From positions 1-44,140 of the forward strand of contig JAYZAL010000052.1 in assembly GCA_036339735.1 (NCBI GenBank): a DNA stretch of 44,140 nt, in the 5' to 3' direction. The DNA comes from Candidatus Poribacteria bacterium (lineage in GTDB: Bacteria > Poribacteria > WGA-4E > UBA9662). Below the pieces are notes generated by a model that was not told the origin of the DNA, did no database searches, and saw only the letters and a list, made by a program, of their open reading frames with translations. This document shows positions 1 through 10,164 of this stretch, one piece after another (position 1 is the first letter of the stretch; each line of letters opens with the position of its first letter). Made by a program: the position numbers and the translations under genes.

Positions 1-904
1 AGGTCTCAGTGAATGTCTGTCCACCACGGTCATCAATAAATCCATAACTATCATGTACGCCAGCTGTCTGGTAAATATCATGAAAAGCTGGAAAAGCCAC
101 CGAAATGAACAAGGTTGAATCACTTTTTTGCAGATTATCAATATATTTTCGCCAGACGGGAGGTGGAATAATCTGACCACCTGTTACTGGTGGCCAACCA
201 AATTTCCCGTTCATACCTGACTCTTGCCAAACGTGTGGTAAACCAAACAGTTGAGGATCACTCATCAGCCCAGTAGTTATCTGAGCCCAATGAGATCGAT
301 TAAAATATTGTGGCCCGAAGACGAGAACAACCGGCCGCCCGTCTAACTCTAGATAAGCGGAATCGTTCAACCAATTTTTGTCCATCCATTGCATGACTTG
401 CCGACCGTGTGCTTCGACCTCTGTAAACGGAAGAAATCGATTTTCTACCATGTGTCGCACTGTCTGATCTTCATAGCAAATGGCAAACTCAAGACCTGCT
501 CGTTTAATATATTTAATCAAATGCCTCGTGTTTCGGTGAATGGTAGAATAATCTCTGAACGGTTTGACACCATACCAGTCGATAATCACCCCATTAATAC
601 CCGCTAACTTCATCAATAAAACTTGACAGGCTAATGCGTCCGGGTCATTAGAATCGTATGGGCCAATCAGTGGGTATTGATGGGATGCAATTTCTCTTTG
701 GCCGTTTTTCTTTATGTGTTCTGGGTTAAATTTGTTCATTGTCCAATGCCATCCCCAATCGCCACTAACAGATTTTGACGAGTACCAAGGCATATAATGG
801 ACGAAAACCTTTTTATTCATGCCCTCTGCGTCCAAATTTGAATTTAATATCAGAAAAGATAGAACAGCCAATGGAAGAACGAATTCTTTGAAACGGTTCA
901 ACAT
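1..904 (-). CDS. Glycoside hydrolase family 71/99-like protein (secreted; 3' end runs off the window)
   Basis: Not in the ORF track because no stop falls inside the window. Manual translation from the ATG at 904 gives MLNRFKEFVLPLAVLSFLILNSNLDAEGMNKKVFVHYMPWYSSKSVSGDWGWHWTMNKFNP...IASHQYPLIGPYDSNDPDALACQVLLMKLAGINGVIIDWYG. It has a signal peptide plus the HYMPWY, YPLIGPYDS and GIxGVIIDWYG motifs of GH99/GH71-like enzymes. Confidence 0.85.
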   Translation of the reverse strand, partial: MLNRFKEFVLPLAVLSFLILNSNLDAEGMNKKVFVHYMPWYSSKSVSGDWGWHWTMNKFNPEHIKKNGQREIASHQYPLIGPYDSNDPDALACQVLLMKLAGINGVIIDWYGVKPFRDYSTIHRNTRHLIKYIKRAGLEFAICYEDQTVRHMVENRFLPFTEVEAHGRQVMQWMDKNWLNDSAYLELDGRPVVLVFGPQYFNRSHWAQITTGLMSDPQLFGLPHVWQESGMNGKFGWPPVTGGQIIPPPVWRKYIDNLQKSDSTLFISVAFPAFHDIYQTAGVHDSYGFIDDRGGQTFTET

Positions 905-910
905 GACCAA

Positions 911-1576
911 CTACCGAACCTGATAATGAAGAAAAATTTCGCTATCAACTATTCGGTGACTTATAAGTTCTAGATCGACTAAGTCAGATAATACAAATCC
1001 GTCCCCTTCAACCGCTGTTGGTACATTACGACCACCCGCAACTTTAGGACAAACAGTTAAATAAACTTCATTAACAATGCCAGCTTGAAATACCGAAGCG
1101 TTGATTTCACCACCACCTTCGATCAGTAAGCTTTCGACTTGATAATTATCAGCTAAAATTTGTACAATCTTGTAAAAGTCAACTTTTTCAGTTCCTACCA
1201 CAAAAACATCTGCAATTTTTGATAAAGCTTTATATCGATCACAGGTTATCTGCTGAGTAGTGAATACGATAGCTGGTGAATTGTTATGATGAAACATCTT
1301 CGCAGATGGTAGGATGCTACCTCTTCCGCTGACCACGCACTTGATTGGGTTGGGAGAAAAACCGTTCTTCCGTCTTTGTCTTTGGTAAACAGGACGGGAG
1401 GTGAAGGTTGGATCATCATTAAGAATTGTTTTAGCCCCAGCTAAGATTGCATCTTGTTGGCTTCTCACAGCTAGCAAATGTTCTAAATCCTTCTCACTAG
1501 CAAACTGAGAGCTGGCATCATCCGTAGTAGTAATTTTACCGTCAACAGTGGTAGCAACAATCAAGCTGACACGCAT
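911..1576 (-). CDS. RibD C-terminal domain / dihydrofolate-reductase-fold pyrimidine reductase
   Basis: ATTVDGKI, DAILAGAKTILNDDP, LLIEGGGEIN and EVYLTVCPKVAGG motifs; reductase domain only, no deaminase domain. Confidence 0.88.
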   Translation of the reverse strand: MRVSLIVATTVDGKITTTDDASSQFASEKDLEHLLAVRSQQDAILAGAKTILNDDPTFTSRPVYQRQRRKNGFSPNPIKCVVSGRGSILPSAKMFHHNNSPAIVFTTQQITCDRYKALSKIADVFVVGTEKVDFYKIVQILADNYQVESLLIEGGGEINASVFQAGIVNEVYLTVCPKVAGGRNVPTAVEGDGFVLSDLVDLELISHRIVDSEIFLHYQVR

Positions 1577-1579
1577 CTG

Positions 1580-4500
1580 CTATCCTTTTATACGGACTTG
1601 AGAACTGCCATTATTCATCTTATCGACTCGGATTTGTTGTGGGATACGCCTTGTCAACTCTCGTACATGGCTGATAACTAAGACGTGCTTGCCAGAAAAA
1701 CGGAGATTTTCTAAAGCCGAAATGGCTACGTCGAGTGTCTCAGAATCCAATGTTCCAAAACCTTCATCCAGAAAAAGTGACTCTATTTGTGAGCGCCCCC
1801 GACTCATTTCGGATAACGCTAATGCTAATGATAAACTGGTTAGGAAACTTTCACCACCAGATAAAGTCTCAACTGGTCTTTCTTGGTTAGCATTCCATCG
1901 ATCGACCACCTTCATCTCCTTCATGCTATGTACACGTAGTTCATATCGGTTAGTTAGACTCATTAACTGTTGATTGGCTAATCGAGTCAGCATGTCAAAC
2001 ATTTGTTCTAAAGCAAAATCACGTAGCGTATTGTCTGGTATAACAGATTGTAGCTTTTCCCAACGCCTTTTTTCTTCTTTGATCGATTTTGATTTCTGTA
2101 GTTGTTGGGTTCGCCGAGTAAATTCTATTTCCAATTGATCTAATTTCTGTTTGTTGGCTCCAATCTGTTGTTGAATTAACGATAATTGCGCTATCATCTG
2201 ATTTTCTTTCTCGGAAAGATCTTCTAGTTGATTAGGGTCAAAAGGAGAATCTGTCAATGTTTGTTGGTCGACTATCTGCTGTTTTTGATAATTCACTAGG
2301 CGAGTGTTATAGTCTCGCCATCGTGTAGTCTGTTCGCTAATCCATTTAACATCTCGTATCGATTTTCGGTGAGCGTCAATGTCAGAAAAATCATGTTGTT
2401 TTAATTTAGCCTGATAGAACAATTTTTCTTTATCGTGCTGTTCCTCAATTTCTAGCGTTTTTTGCTGGCAAGACTTCACTCGATCCTCTACGATTTGTCT
2501 TTTCTGCTCGGCCTCTTGTAAGCTAGACTCTGCCTGTTCCCGCTTAAGAAACCAATCATCTAGCTGTTGATTCATTTTTTCTTCGGCTTCATTTGCTGAT
2601 AAACCATCGGTTTTGGATTTTGCAGCCGCAATCAGATCTTTGCCCTCGGCTATCTTTTGCTGACAACTATCTTCAAGTTGCCGGTATTCTATTTCCAAGT
2701 CCTTAACCGGTATTTTTGTAAGTTGGAATTCTAACTGCCCAACTTGATGATTTAATTTCTGAAGTTCTTCTTCTTGTTTACGTGTAAATGTTACTAATTC
2801 CAGTTGTTTAAGATGCCAATTAGATAAATCATCAATTGAATATGTGCTTTTATCAGTTAGACTCATCAAATCCATAATTTGTTTTTTCAGAAATTCAATT
2901 TCGCTTTCGAGACGGTTGATCGTATCCTGTATTGTTTTTTGCTCGGTTTCAGTTTCTTGCAGTTGTTGTTTGATCGTCTGATTCAATTGTAGTATCTGAT
3001 CTTGCTTGAGTACCCACTGCTCGACATCATTACTGGCTTTTTGTTGATCAAGCTCAGCTTGACTGAGCAGATCTAAGTTCTGTTCAGCGTTAGTCCGACG
3101 TACTTCGAGCCAATTTAGGATTTCGTTAGCCATTGGCATTTTTTCTTGAGGGTATAGTTGCGTCCACTGCTGAGCTAAAATGTTCTGATCATTCTCCAAT
3201 TGATTCGTGCCAGTCTGTCCTTGCTCTATCTGCGATTTCAAATTTTGACAATTGAGATCAATCTTTACTCTTTCCTGATGAATGAGCTCAAAATTCAATT
3301 GGCTATCATTCATCAGCTTTTCAAATTTCTTCAGTTGATTAGTTATTTTTTCAATTTCTGTCGGGTCTATCGGTATCTGATCAACTTTTGACTGATCAGA
3401 GTGTTCTGAACTTCCGCAAACTGGGCAAGGCTTGTTAAGTTCTAACTCCTGGCGAAATTGGTTTAGTTGGATTTGTCGATGGTGATCTGTACTTCTAGCT
3501 TCTAGTTTCCGCAATTTCTGCGCAAAATTCTCCCGTTCTTGTCCGATTTTTCGCTGTCTTTGGCTGATACTTTCGAGTTCCAATTGCTGACTATTCAATT
3601 CGTCAACCCAAATCTGATTTTTAGCTATCTGTTGATTGATTTGCGCTTTCAATGTAAGTATTTGATTAGCAATTGTTTGCGCTAACTGCGTTAGTTTTTT
3701 TTCATTCTGCCAATCAGATTCCTGGTTTTTAAGTTCTTTTGTTCTTTGTTGTGCATTTTGCAATTTTTGTCGTATTTCAGATTCGTTCTGCTCATGGTCT
3801 ATCAGCTGTTTCTGTGCTTGTTTTCGATTTTTTCGCTGTAGCTCAATCTGTGTTAACTGCTTGTCGTTATGACGTCTTGTTTCGAGCAAACGGTCTAATT
3901 TTTCTTGTCCTTGGATTAGTAGCTTTTGGACTGTCCGAAGTTCCAGTTCTAGAGATTCTAAACCCTTTGGGTAATTCAACTTTCCGGTTTCTGATTCTAT
4001 TGTATCTTTTTCTTTATTTAAGTGAGCGATCTGCTTTTGTTTTTCTTCAATCTCTGTTTTTTGTTGAAGAATTTTTTCTTTTACTCCATTTGCTCGATCG
4101 GTGTACTCTTTGGCCAAATTGAAAGCGGATTTGGCTAAAGTTTCTTCTTCGCGAGCTAGTTGAAATTGTTTGCGCGATTTTTGGCTATTAGAAAAAAACT
4201 GTCGATAATCCAGGTCTGCTTGGGAAAATTGACTACTAGCTAGCTGCCAATTAGGTAAAACAGATTTCTGATTTTGCTTAGCATCATACTCAGCTAATTT
4301 GGCTTTTTCTAGTTCTTTACCTGATACTTCGAAGTTATTCATTTCCAATTGTATCTGTAAAGCCCGATTAGCGAGTTCTAGCTCATTTTTCAGCTGATCC
4401 ATTTGTTCTTGCTGCTGACCTAGTATTTCGAGTTCCTGAGAAGTTTTGATCAATCTCTTATGTATTTCTTGACGTTGAGTAGCCTCAGCGATCTCAGATT

Positions 4501-5251
4501 GGATTTGATTCCGTTTATTTTGTAGCTCGTTCTGTTGTACTTCTTTATTGTTTAAGTTTTGCTTGGTCTGTTGGATCTCTTCTTCCGTTACTTCAGGAGA
4601 GGCACTTAGCCTAGCCTCCATCTCATTGAATTTCTTTTTGTTTTCGGTAACTATCTTGTTTAATTCATGCTTGAGTTGATCATAAATAGTTGTTCCTGTC
4701 GTAGCTTCCAGAATAGATCTTCTTTGTTCCATTTTGGACTTCAAGAAAGCAGAAAAATCCCCTTGGGCTAGCATGACTGAACGACAAAAAGCAGAAAAGT
4801 CAAGGCCTAAAATCTCGGTTACTACATCTGCTACGGATGGATCAGAATCCTTATCGGAGTGACGTTTTGCCTGCAAGCGTTCGCTCATTATCTTACTGGA
4901 ATCAAGATCAATCAATTTTCCAGAAGGTGTAAAATTACCACTCGCTGAACGCTTTGTTCTCCATTCTGCTAAATAGCGACGCCCATTAGATGAAAAAGTT
5001 AGCTCTGCTATTCCTTCCTTTTTACCTTGAGATAGCATGTTATTAGGGTGTTGGTCCCCATTACCGTCTAAACGAGGTGTTTTTGCATATAAAGCTACAC
5101 ATATAGCATCTAATAGGGTTGTTTTTCCTGCCCCTGTTTGACCCGTTACAACAGTCAAGTTTGAGTTACTTAGTGGTGCTACAGTGAAGTCTAGGATGAC
5201 TTCTTGGCGGAAACTATTCAGATTCTTAAGATAAAGTTTGAGAATTTTCAT
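1580..5251 (-). CDS. sbcC: SbcC/Rad50 SMC-like ATPase (SbcCD nuclease subunit C)
   Basis: N-terminal LKNLNS and Walker A GQTGAGKTT, MLAQGDF Q-loop, long coiled coil with central CPVC zinc hook, signature LSGGESF, Walker B LFLDEGFGTLD, H-loop ISHV. Confidence 0.95.
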   Translation of the reverse strand: MKILKLYLKNLNSFRQEVILDFTVAPLSNSNLTVVTGQTGAGKTTLLDAICVALYAKTPRLDGNGDQHPNNMLSQGKKEGIAELTFSSNGRRYLAEWRTKRSASGNFTPSGKLIDLDSSKIMSERLQAKRHSDKDSDPSVADVVTEILGLDFSAFCRSVMLAQGDFSAFLKSKMEQRRSILEATTGTTIYDQLKHELNKIVTENKKKFNEMEARLSASPEVTEEEIQQTKQNLNNKEVQQNELQNKRNQIQSEIAEATQRQEIHKRLIKTSQELEILGQQQEQMDQLKNELELANRALQIQLEMNNFEVSGKELEKAKLAEYDAKQNQKSVLPNWQLASSQFSQADLDYRQFFSNSQKSRKQFQLAREEETLAKSAFNLAKEYTDRANGVKEKILQQKTEIEEKQKQIAHLNKEKDTIESETGKLNYPKGLESLELELRTVQKLLIQGQEKLDRLLETRRHNDKQLTQIELQRKNRKQAQKQLIDHEQNESEIRQKLQNAQQRTKELKNQESDWQNEKKLTQLAQTIANQILTLKAQINQQIAKNQIWVDELNSQQLELESISQRQRKIGQERENFAQKLRKLEARSTDHHRQIQLNQFRQELELNKPCPVCGSSEHSDQSKVDQIPIDPTEIEKITNQLKKFEKLMNDSQLNFELIHQERVKIDLNCQNLKSQIEQGQTGTNQLENDQNILAQQWTQLYPQEKMPMANEILNWLEVRRTNAEQNLDLLSQAELDQQKASNDVEQWVLKQDQILQLNQTIKQQLQETETEQKTIQDTINRLESEIEFLKKQIMDLMSLTDKSTYSIDDLSNWHLKQLELVTFTRKQEEELQKLNHQVGQLEFQLTKIPVKDLEIEYRQLEDSCQQKIAEGKDLIAAAKSKTDGLSANEAEEKMNQQLDDWFLKREQAESSLQEAEQKRQIVEDRVKSCQQKTLEIEEQHDKEKLFYQAKLKQHDFSDIDAHRKSIRDVKWISEQTTRWRDYNTRLVNYQKQQIVDQQTLTDSPFDPNQLEDLSEKENQMIAQLSLIQQQIGANKQKLDQLEIEFTRRTQQLQKSKSIKEEKRRWEKLQSVIPDNTLRDFALEQMFDMLTRLANQQLMSLTNRYELRVHSMKEMKVVDRWNANQERPVETLSGGESFLTSLSLALALSEMSRGRSQIESLFLDEGFGTLDSETLDVAISALENLRFSGKHVLVISHVRELTRRIPQQIRVDKMNNGSSQVRIKG

Positions 5252-5410
5252 TGGTAATTATACAGGATGTTTCTATGGCACTAAAACACTTGTTAGTTCT
5301 AGTTTAGTCATTTATGAACCGGTAGATTTTATCTTGTTACCTTCGCTTTGTCTAGCTTTGGCGTGTTAAAATGAATTGGTGAGATTACTAAACACAAATT
5401 GGAGCTAATA

Positions 5411-6265
5411 ATGCAAAAACGTCCTTTTGGTCGAACTGAAGATATGATTTCCATCATCGGTTTTGGTGGTATTTTGGTCACCAATACTGAACAATCAGAA
5501 GCCAACAAAATATCTAGATATGCCTTCGATCAGGGCATTAACTATTATGATGTTGCTCCTGCCTACGGAAATGCTGAGGAGCGGCTTGGTCCAGCTATCC
5601 AAGATTTTCGATCAAATATATTTTTGGCCTGCAAAACCGGCAAACGTTCTAAAGTTGAAGCCCTAGCCGAATTACATCAATCCCTAGAAAAATTAAAAAC
5701 TGACTATTTTGATCTATACCAACTACATGCTATGTCGTCCGATTCGGATTTAGAACAGGTCCTATCAGTTGGTGGTGCGATGGAAGCACTCATTGAAGCT
5801 AGAGATAAGGGGATTGTACGCCATCTTGGGTTTTCAGCCCACTCAGTAGAGGTTGCAGTACGTTTGATGGATCAGTTTGATTTTGATTCAGTTTTATTTC
5901 CAGTCAACTGGGTTAATTACTTTGAAGGTGACTTTGGACCACAAGTCGTCGAAAAAGCTCAACAAAAAGGGGTAACGCGATTAGCCTTGAAAGGAATGGC
6001 AAAACGTAAATGGTCGGAAGGCGAAGATAGGTCTGCGTTCTCCAAATGCTGGTATGCACCAGTTAGAAATGAAGATGAAGCCAAATTAGCTCTTAGATTT
6101 ACTCTGTCTCAGCCAATTACGTCAGCTATTCCACCTGGTGAATCAGCATTATTCGATTGGGCATTGGATGTTGGTCGTGAATTTATTCCAGTAACCAAAG
6201 AGGAAATAGAAACCCTGAAAGATCTAGCCATTGGGCAGGATCCAATTTTTCAACATGTAGCCTAA
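5411..6265 (+). CDS. Aldo/keto reductase
   Basis: IGFGG, GINYYDVAPAYG, SLEKLKTDYFDLYQLH and LGFSAH motifs. ATG at 5411 follows a GGAG RBS. Confidence 0.92.
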   Translation: MQKRPFGRTEDMISIIGFGGILVTNTEQSEANKISRYAFDQGINYYDVAPAYGNAEERLGPAIQDFRSNIFLACKTGKRSKVEALAELHQSLEKLKTDYFDLYQLHAMSSDSDLEQVLSVGGAMEALIEARDKGIVRHLGFSAHSVEVAVRLMDQFDFDSVLFPVNWVNYFEGDFGPQVVEKAQQKGVTRLALKGMAKRKWSEGEDRSAFSKCWYAPVRNEDEAKLALRFTLSQPITSAIPPGESALFDWALDVGREFIPVTKEEIETLKDLAIGQDPIFQHVA

Positions 6266-6464
6266 GCATCAAAGAAGGTAAAACCCGAACTAGTTTATCT
6301 CCTTTGATACTTAGGAATCGGGCGCATGTCCATTTGGTAAGATGAGGTCGATATTCGATGAGCTCCATTTTCTCTTTTTAGCTATTATTAGATAAACGTA
6401 TGAATTTTTCAAATACCAATTTTACTGACTTAGTAGTTAGCCTGTGGTCGAAAAAAAAGAGTAA

Positions 6465-7214
6465 GTGCCTATAATCTTAAAAATTCTTTTTTCACTGCTA
6501 TCCTCGTTGTTTCTTTATATCTTTTCCGTAGATGCAAACGAGTTAATAGTAGACGATATTAAGGAGTTAAAGTCAGTCACCTCTACCGAAATCAGGTGGA
6601 AGAAAGATGGATCACTGATGAAATTAGTTCCCAAAGGAGAGAAAACCAAACCCTTTTGGATAGATACCACCGAGGTTACAGTTGGTCAATTCAAAAAATT
6701 CTTACTGGAATCGAATTACCAACTAGATCCTACATTATGGGAAAAAATCCAGAATTTTTCTTTCGGGGGTCAACACCCGATTATTTACGTCAGCTGGGCT
6801 GATGCGGTTGCCTATTGCAAGTGGTCGGGTAAGCGCTTGCCACGTGAAGAGGAATGGGAATGGGCTGCGAGGGGTAAATTAAAGGGAAAGATGTATCCTT
6901 GGGGTAATGATCACAGAAAAGCCAGAGATTATGCTAACTTGAATGGCAAAGTTGGTAAAGATAAATGGGAGTATCTCTCACCTGTGGGTAGTTTTAAGCC
7001 AAATGGTTATGGGTTATATGATATGAGTGGTAATGTATGGGAATGGTGCCAGGATTGGTACGATGATAATCGTACCCGTTACCGATTGTTGCGTGGTGGT
7101 AGTTGGGTTAATGATGTTAAGTCTCTCGAAGTCGAGAATCGTTGTAGCCCAGCACCATATTTAAGACAAAACTATATTGGGTTTCGTTGTGTGGTCTCAA
7201 CTATTGACCAATAA
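6465..7214 (+). CDS. FGE-sulfatase (SUMF1/EgtB/PvdO-like) domain protein, probably exported
   Basis: TEVTVGQF, RLPREEEWEWAARG, PNGYGLYDMSGNVWEWCQDWY, RGGSW and IGFRCV motifs; hydrophobic N-terminus. Confidence 0.9.
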   Translation: MPIILKILFSLLSSLFLYIFSVDANELIVDDIKELKSVTSTEIRWKKDGSLMKLVPKGEKTKPFWIDTTEVTVGQFKKFLLESNYQLDPTLWEKIQNFSFGGQHPIIYVSWADAVAYCKWSGKRLPREEEWEWAARGKLKGKMYPWGNDHRKARDYANLNGKVGKDKWEYLSPVGSFKPNGYGLYDMSGNVWEWCQDWYDDNRTRYRLLRGGSWVNDVKSLEVENRCSPAPYLRQNYIGFRCVVSTIDQ

Positions 7215-7349
7215 GCATCCTCAGACCATGGTTATAATAGGAAGTTATATTGGTAAGTAGTCTCTTTGCTAAGTTCCTGCGTTATAAAAAACGAAAATCA
7301 AATTTTATAGTTCGATTGGATTTAGAAAATACCAAATTAATTAGCCTGA

Positions 7350-8972
7350 ATGCCTGACGTGTCTATACAAGCTTTGTGCTGTTTACTCTTTTTTCTAGTA
7401 TCCCCATTTTTAATAACTATACAAGCGGGGAAACAACCTGATTGGGTAGTCAATTACGGTCAATCTGACAAATATCATGAACAAGTTTATCTAACTGGTT
7501 TTGGTGAAGCGTTAGGCATTAGTCGAGAGAGTAAAGAAATTGCTCAAGAAAATGCTCGTGCTGACCTCTCGCAGAAGGTATTAGTCAAAATCGACAGTAC
7601 AGTCTCAAATTATCAGTTAGAAGATGGAGAAGAAACATTACAACAATTCTCCACTGTTACTCAAAGTTCATCAGAATTACAAGTAATGGGACTAGAAACT
7701 CTAACTTACGTAAGAGATAGCCGAAAAAATTCAATGAGCTTCGCGCTGGTATATATTGAACGGAAGAAATTGGAAAAACTATACCAAGCTGAAAAAAATC
7801 GCCTAACTTCCCAAATCCTACAATTGATAACATTAGCAGAAAAGCCGGATAACCCAAAAGCTACATCAGTCCAATATTATTACCAAACTTGGCCTCTACT
7901 GGATAAACTAGCTGAGGTCCAAACAATTCTATTGTCTGTTTCAGACACACTAACCCTTTCTGACTTAGCGTATCAAGATTTAGAAGATCGGCCTCTAATA
8001 CTTAATAAAAGTCAAATTAATAGAAGAATTCAAAAATTATCGTTATACTCAATCGATAATTTGGATGATGTTGCTGGGGCTATCCAGTTTCAGTTGTACC
8101 AGCAGTTTGATCTTCAACATCAACAGCTATTGGTACAACCTTTTTTTTATCAGGACACTAGATTAAGTAGTGGATTTGCTCGTTATTTTAAGCGACTATT
8201 AGAGGGTAAATTGAAAAATAGTATTCAGCCTCAGAGGGAATTCCAAGCTAAATCGGTGAATTATGAAAAAGATATGGCTGTTTCTGCGGGTGCGGATTAT
8301 ATCATCACCGGTTCTTATTGGGAGAAAGAAGACAATGTCCAAATACTAGCTTTCTGTCGATCGGTGCAAACAGGTGAAATAAGAGCCAGTGCAAATATTG
8401 ACTTCAAAAGAGGAATGCTCAAGTCTAGTCTAAATCTGAAACCAGATAATTTTGAAAAAATAATGAGTCAGCAGCTAGCCTTTGAACAGGAAGTAATCGA
8501 TAGCGGTCAATTGAAATTAGAAGTTTGGACTGACCGAGGGCATAATGCTTTGCTATATAGTCAAGGTGAGTTAATGAAAGTTTATCTGCGTACCAACCGA
8601 CCTTGTTATGTGCGGCTGCTGTATATTTTAGCCAATGGTCAAAAGACCTTATTGGTCGATAATCTACAAATCAATTTGGAAAGTATCAATCGACCATTAC
8701 TCGTTAATGATTTGTTAGAAATTGATTTTGAATGTACTAACCCTTTTGGAGCAGAAATTATAATTGGGGTGGCTCGGAACTATCCATTTGATACAATAGA
8801 AACCACCGAGCGAGATGGTTATATATTTATTGACACAGATAACCCCAAACATTTGGCTAGTATCACACGAGGAACAAAAGGGTTTAAGAGGCGAAAAAGA
8901 AACGATGAATCAATCCAGCAAACAGAAACCAAGTTGATACTGACAACGGTTGCATTTGACCTTTCACATTAA
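7350..8972 (+). CDS. Secreted LPP20-like / DUF4384 domain protein
   Basis: Signal peptide; PDWV...YLTGFG...AQENARADLSQ (LPP20-like); C-terminal LEVWTDRG...YSQGELMKVYLRTNRPCYVRLLY...PFGAE typical of DUF4384. Confidence 0.65.
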   Translation: MPDVSIQALCCLLFFLVSPFLITIQAGKQPDWVVNYGQSDKYHEQVYLTGFGEALGISRESKEIAQENARADLSQKVLVKIDSTVSNYQLEDGEETLQQFSTVTQSSSELQVMGLETLTYVRDSRKNSMSFALVYIERKKLEKLYQAEKNRLTSQILQLITLAEKPDNPKATSVQYYYQTWPLLDKLAEVQTILLSVSDTLTLSDLAYQDLEDRPLILNKSQINRRIQKLSLYSIDNLDDVAGAIQFQLYQQFDLQHQQLLVQPFFYQDTRLSSGFARYFKRLLEGKLKNSIQPQREFQAKSVNYEKDMAVSAGADYIITGSYWEKEDNVQILAFCRSVQTGEIRASANIDFKRGMLKSSLNLKPDNFEKIMSQQLAFEQEVIDSGQLKLEVWTDRGHNALLYSQGELMKVYLRTNRPCYVRLLYILANGQKTLLVDNLQINLESINRPLLVNDLLEIDFECTNPFGAEIIIGVARNYPFDTIETTERDGYIFIDTDNPKHLASITRGTKGFKRRKRNDESIQQTETKLILTTVAFDLSH

Positions 8973-10018
8973 AATCCGAAAAAATCGTCTCTGAAAGAGA
9001 GTATCCTATTGTCGTCTGCGTTTGGGTGTATGCGGTTGGTGAGTAGAATTTGGTAGGTACCCTGATCCAAATTTACACGAAGAGCTGTACCTGTAAAACC
9101 ATTATGGTAAAGAGAACCATCTTTTAATACAATCCAGCCGATGCTTCGATTAACGTTCAGATCTTCGGTTCGTGAGCGAGCTATTTCATTGATTAAATCA
9201 TCAGGAAAGATTCTTTCATCTCGGCCTAAAATAGCCTGACAATATAGGGATAAATCGGTAGCTGTTGAGAAAACCCCTGCGTTACCGGATATTCCACCCA
9301 AGTAGTGGGCATTTTCGTCGTGTACTGAACCAACCAGCGTTTCTTTCCACCAGTCGTTTCGAAGATAATTACTGTTGCTCCGACGACGTTCAGCACTAGC
9401 TCTGGACTCGGTGGCCGCACAACGAAGTTGCCAAGTAAGTGGTGGTTTATAAGCTGTATCAACCATATCTAATGGCTGAAATATCCGATCCATCGCCAAT
9501 TCATCTAATTTTTTCCGAGTTATCCTCTCAATCAATTTCCCCATCAATATATAGCCTATACAACTATAAACTACTTGTTTCCCCGTTTCATAAACTAGTG
9601 GTAGTGCCCCTAAATCGGTTAGTAAGTTTTGCTTAGAATTACTGAGTTGATTAGTGAGTGGGTATATAGCTTGCCAAGCCGGATAACCTGAGGTGTGTGT
9701 TAGTAGATCGACAATCCGAATTTCTTGATGTATGACTTCAGGCATGTACTGATGGATGGGCGAAAATAACTCTAATTCACCTTCTGCAACTAGTTGTAAG
9801 CTTAGTGTTCCAACCACAATTGGTTTAGTTAAGGAAGCCAAATCGAATATTGTATCCAGCAACATGGTTCTTTTTTCTGGAATGACCATTCGCCAACCAA
9901 TAGCTTGGTGAAAATGTGTCTGATTGATACTACCCGTCAGAGCTACAGCCCCCGGAAATATGCCATCATGAACCCCTTGAGCTAGTAGTAAAAGCCGTTC
10001 TTTATCGGTCATAATCAT
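8969..10018 (-). CDS. Serine hydrolase, beta-lactamase/AmpC-fold family
   Basis: FDLASLTK (SxxK), LLTHTSG, YSCIGY, VHDENA, GNAGVFS and HNGFTG motifs. Confidence 0.9.
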   Translation of the reverse strand: MIMTDKERLLLLAQGVHDGIFPGAVALTGSINQTHFHQAIGWRMVIPEKRTMLLDTIFDLASLTKPIVVGTLSLQLVAEGELELFSPIHQYMPEVIHQEIRIVDLLTHTSGYPAWQAIYPLTNQLSNSKQNLLTDLGALPLVYETGKQVVYSCIGYILMGKLIERITRKKLDELAMDRIFQPLDMVDTAYKPPLTWQLRCAATESRASAERRRSNSNYLRNDWWKETLVGSVHDENAHYLGGISGNAGVFSTATDLSLYCQAILGRDERIFPDDLINEIARSRTEDLNVNRSIGWIVLKDGSLYHNGFTGTALRVNLDQGTYQILLTNRIHPNADDNRILSFRDDFFGF

Positions 10019-10048
10019 TTCCTATTCAGGCTATCCTAAGTTTCGCTT

Positions 10049-10077
10049 AGCATAGAGTGTGAATCTCTTACTGTCAA
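10049..10077 (-). promoter_or_regulatory. Sigma70-type promoter for the serine hydrolase
   Basis: Minus strand TTGACA (10077-10072), 17-nt spacer, TATGCT (10054-10049). Confidence 0.65.
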
Positions 10078-10103
10078 GTTGAATAATCGATTGTCGAAAA
10101 ACC

Positions 10104-10132
10104 TTGACCTAGTAGGCTGATTAAGGCAAAAT
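10104..10132 (+). promoter_or_regulatory. Sigma70-type promoter for the phyH-lipoprotein-smr unit (divergent partner)
   Basis: TTGACC (10104-10109), 17-nt spacer, CAAAAT (10127-10132). Confidence 0.5.
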
Positions 10133-10164
10133 GAGACCATCACAATCGATGGACTAAAGTTCTT

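Noticed and set aside
6465-7214. True formylglycine-generating enzyme
   Set aside because: Lacks the catalytic Cys pair after RGGS (reads RGGSWVNDVKSL); only the fold family is supported.
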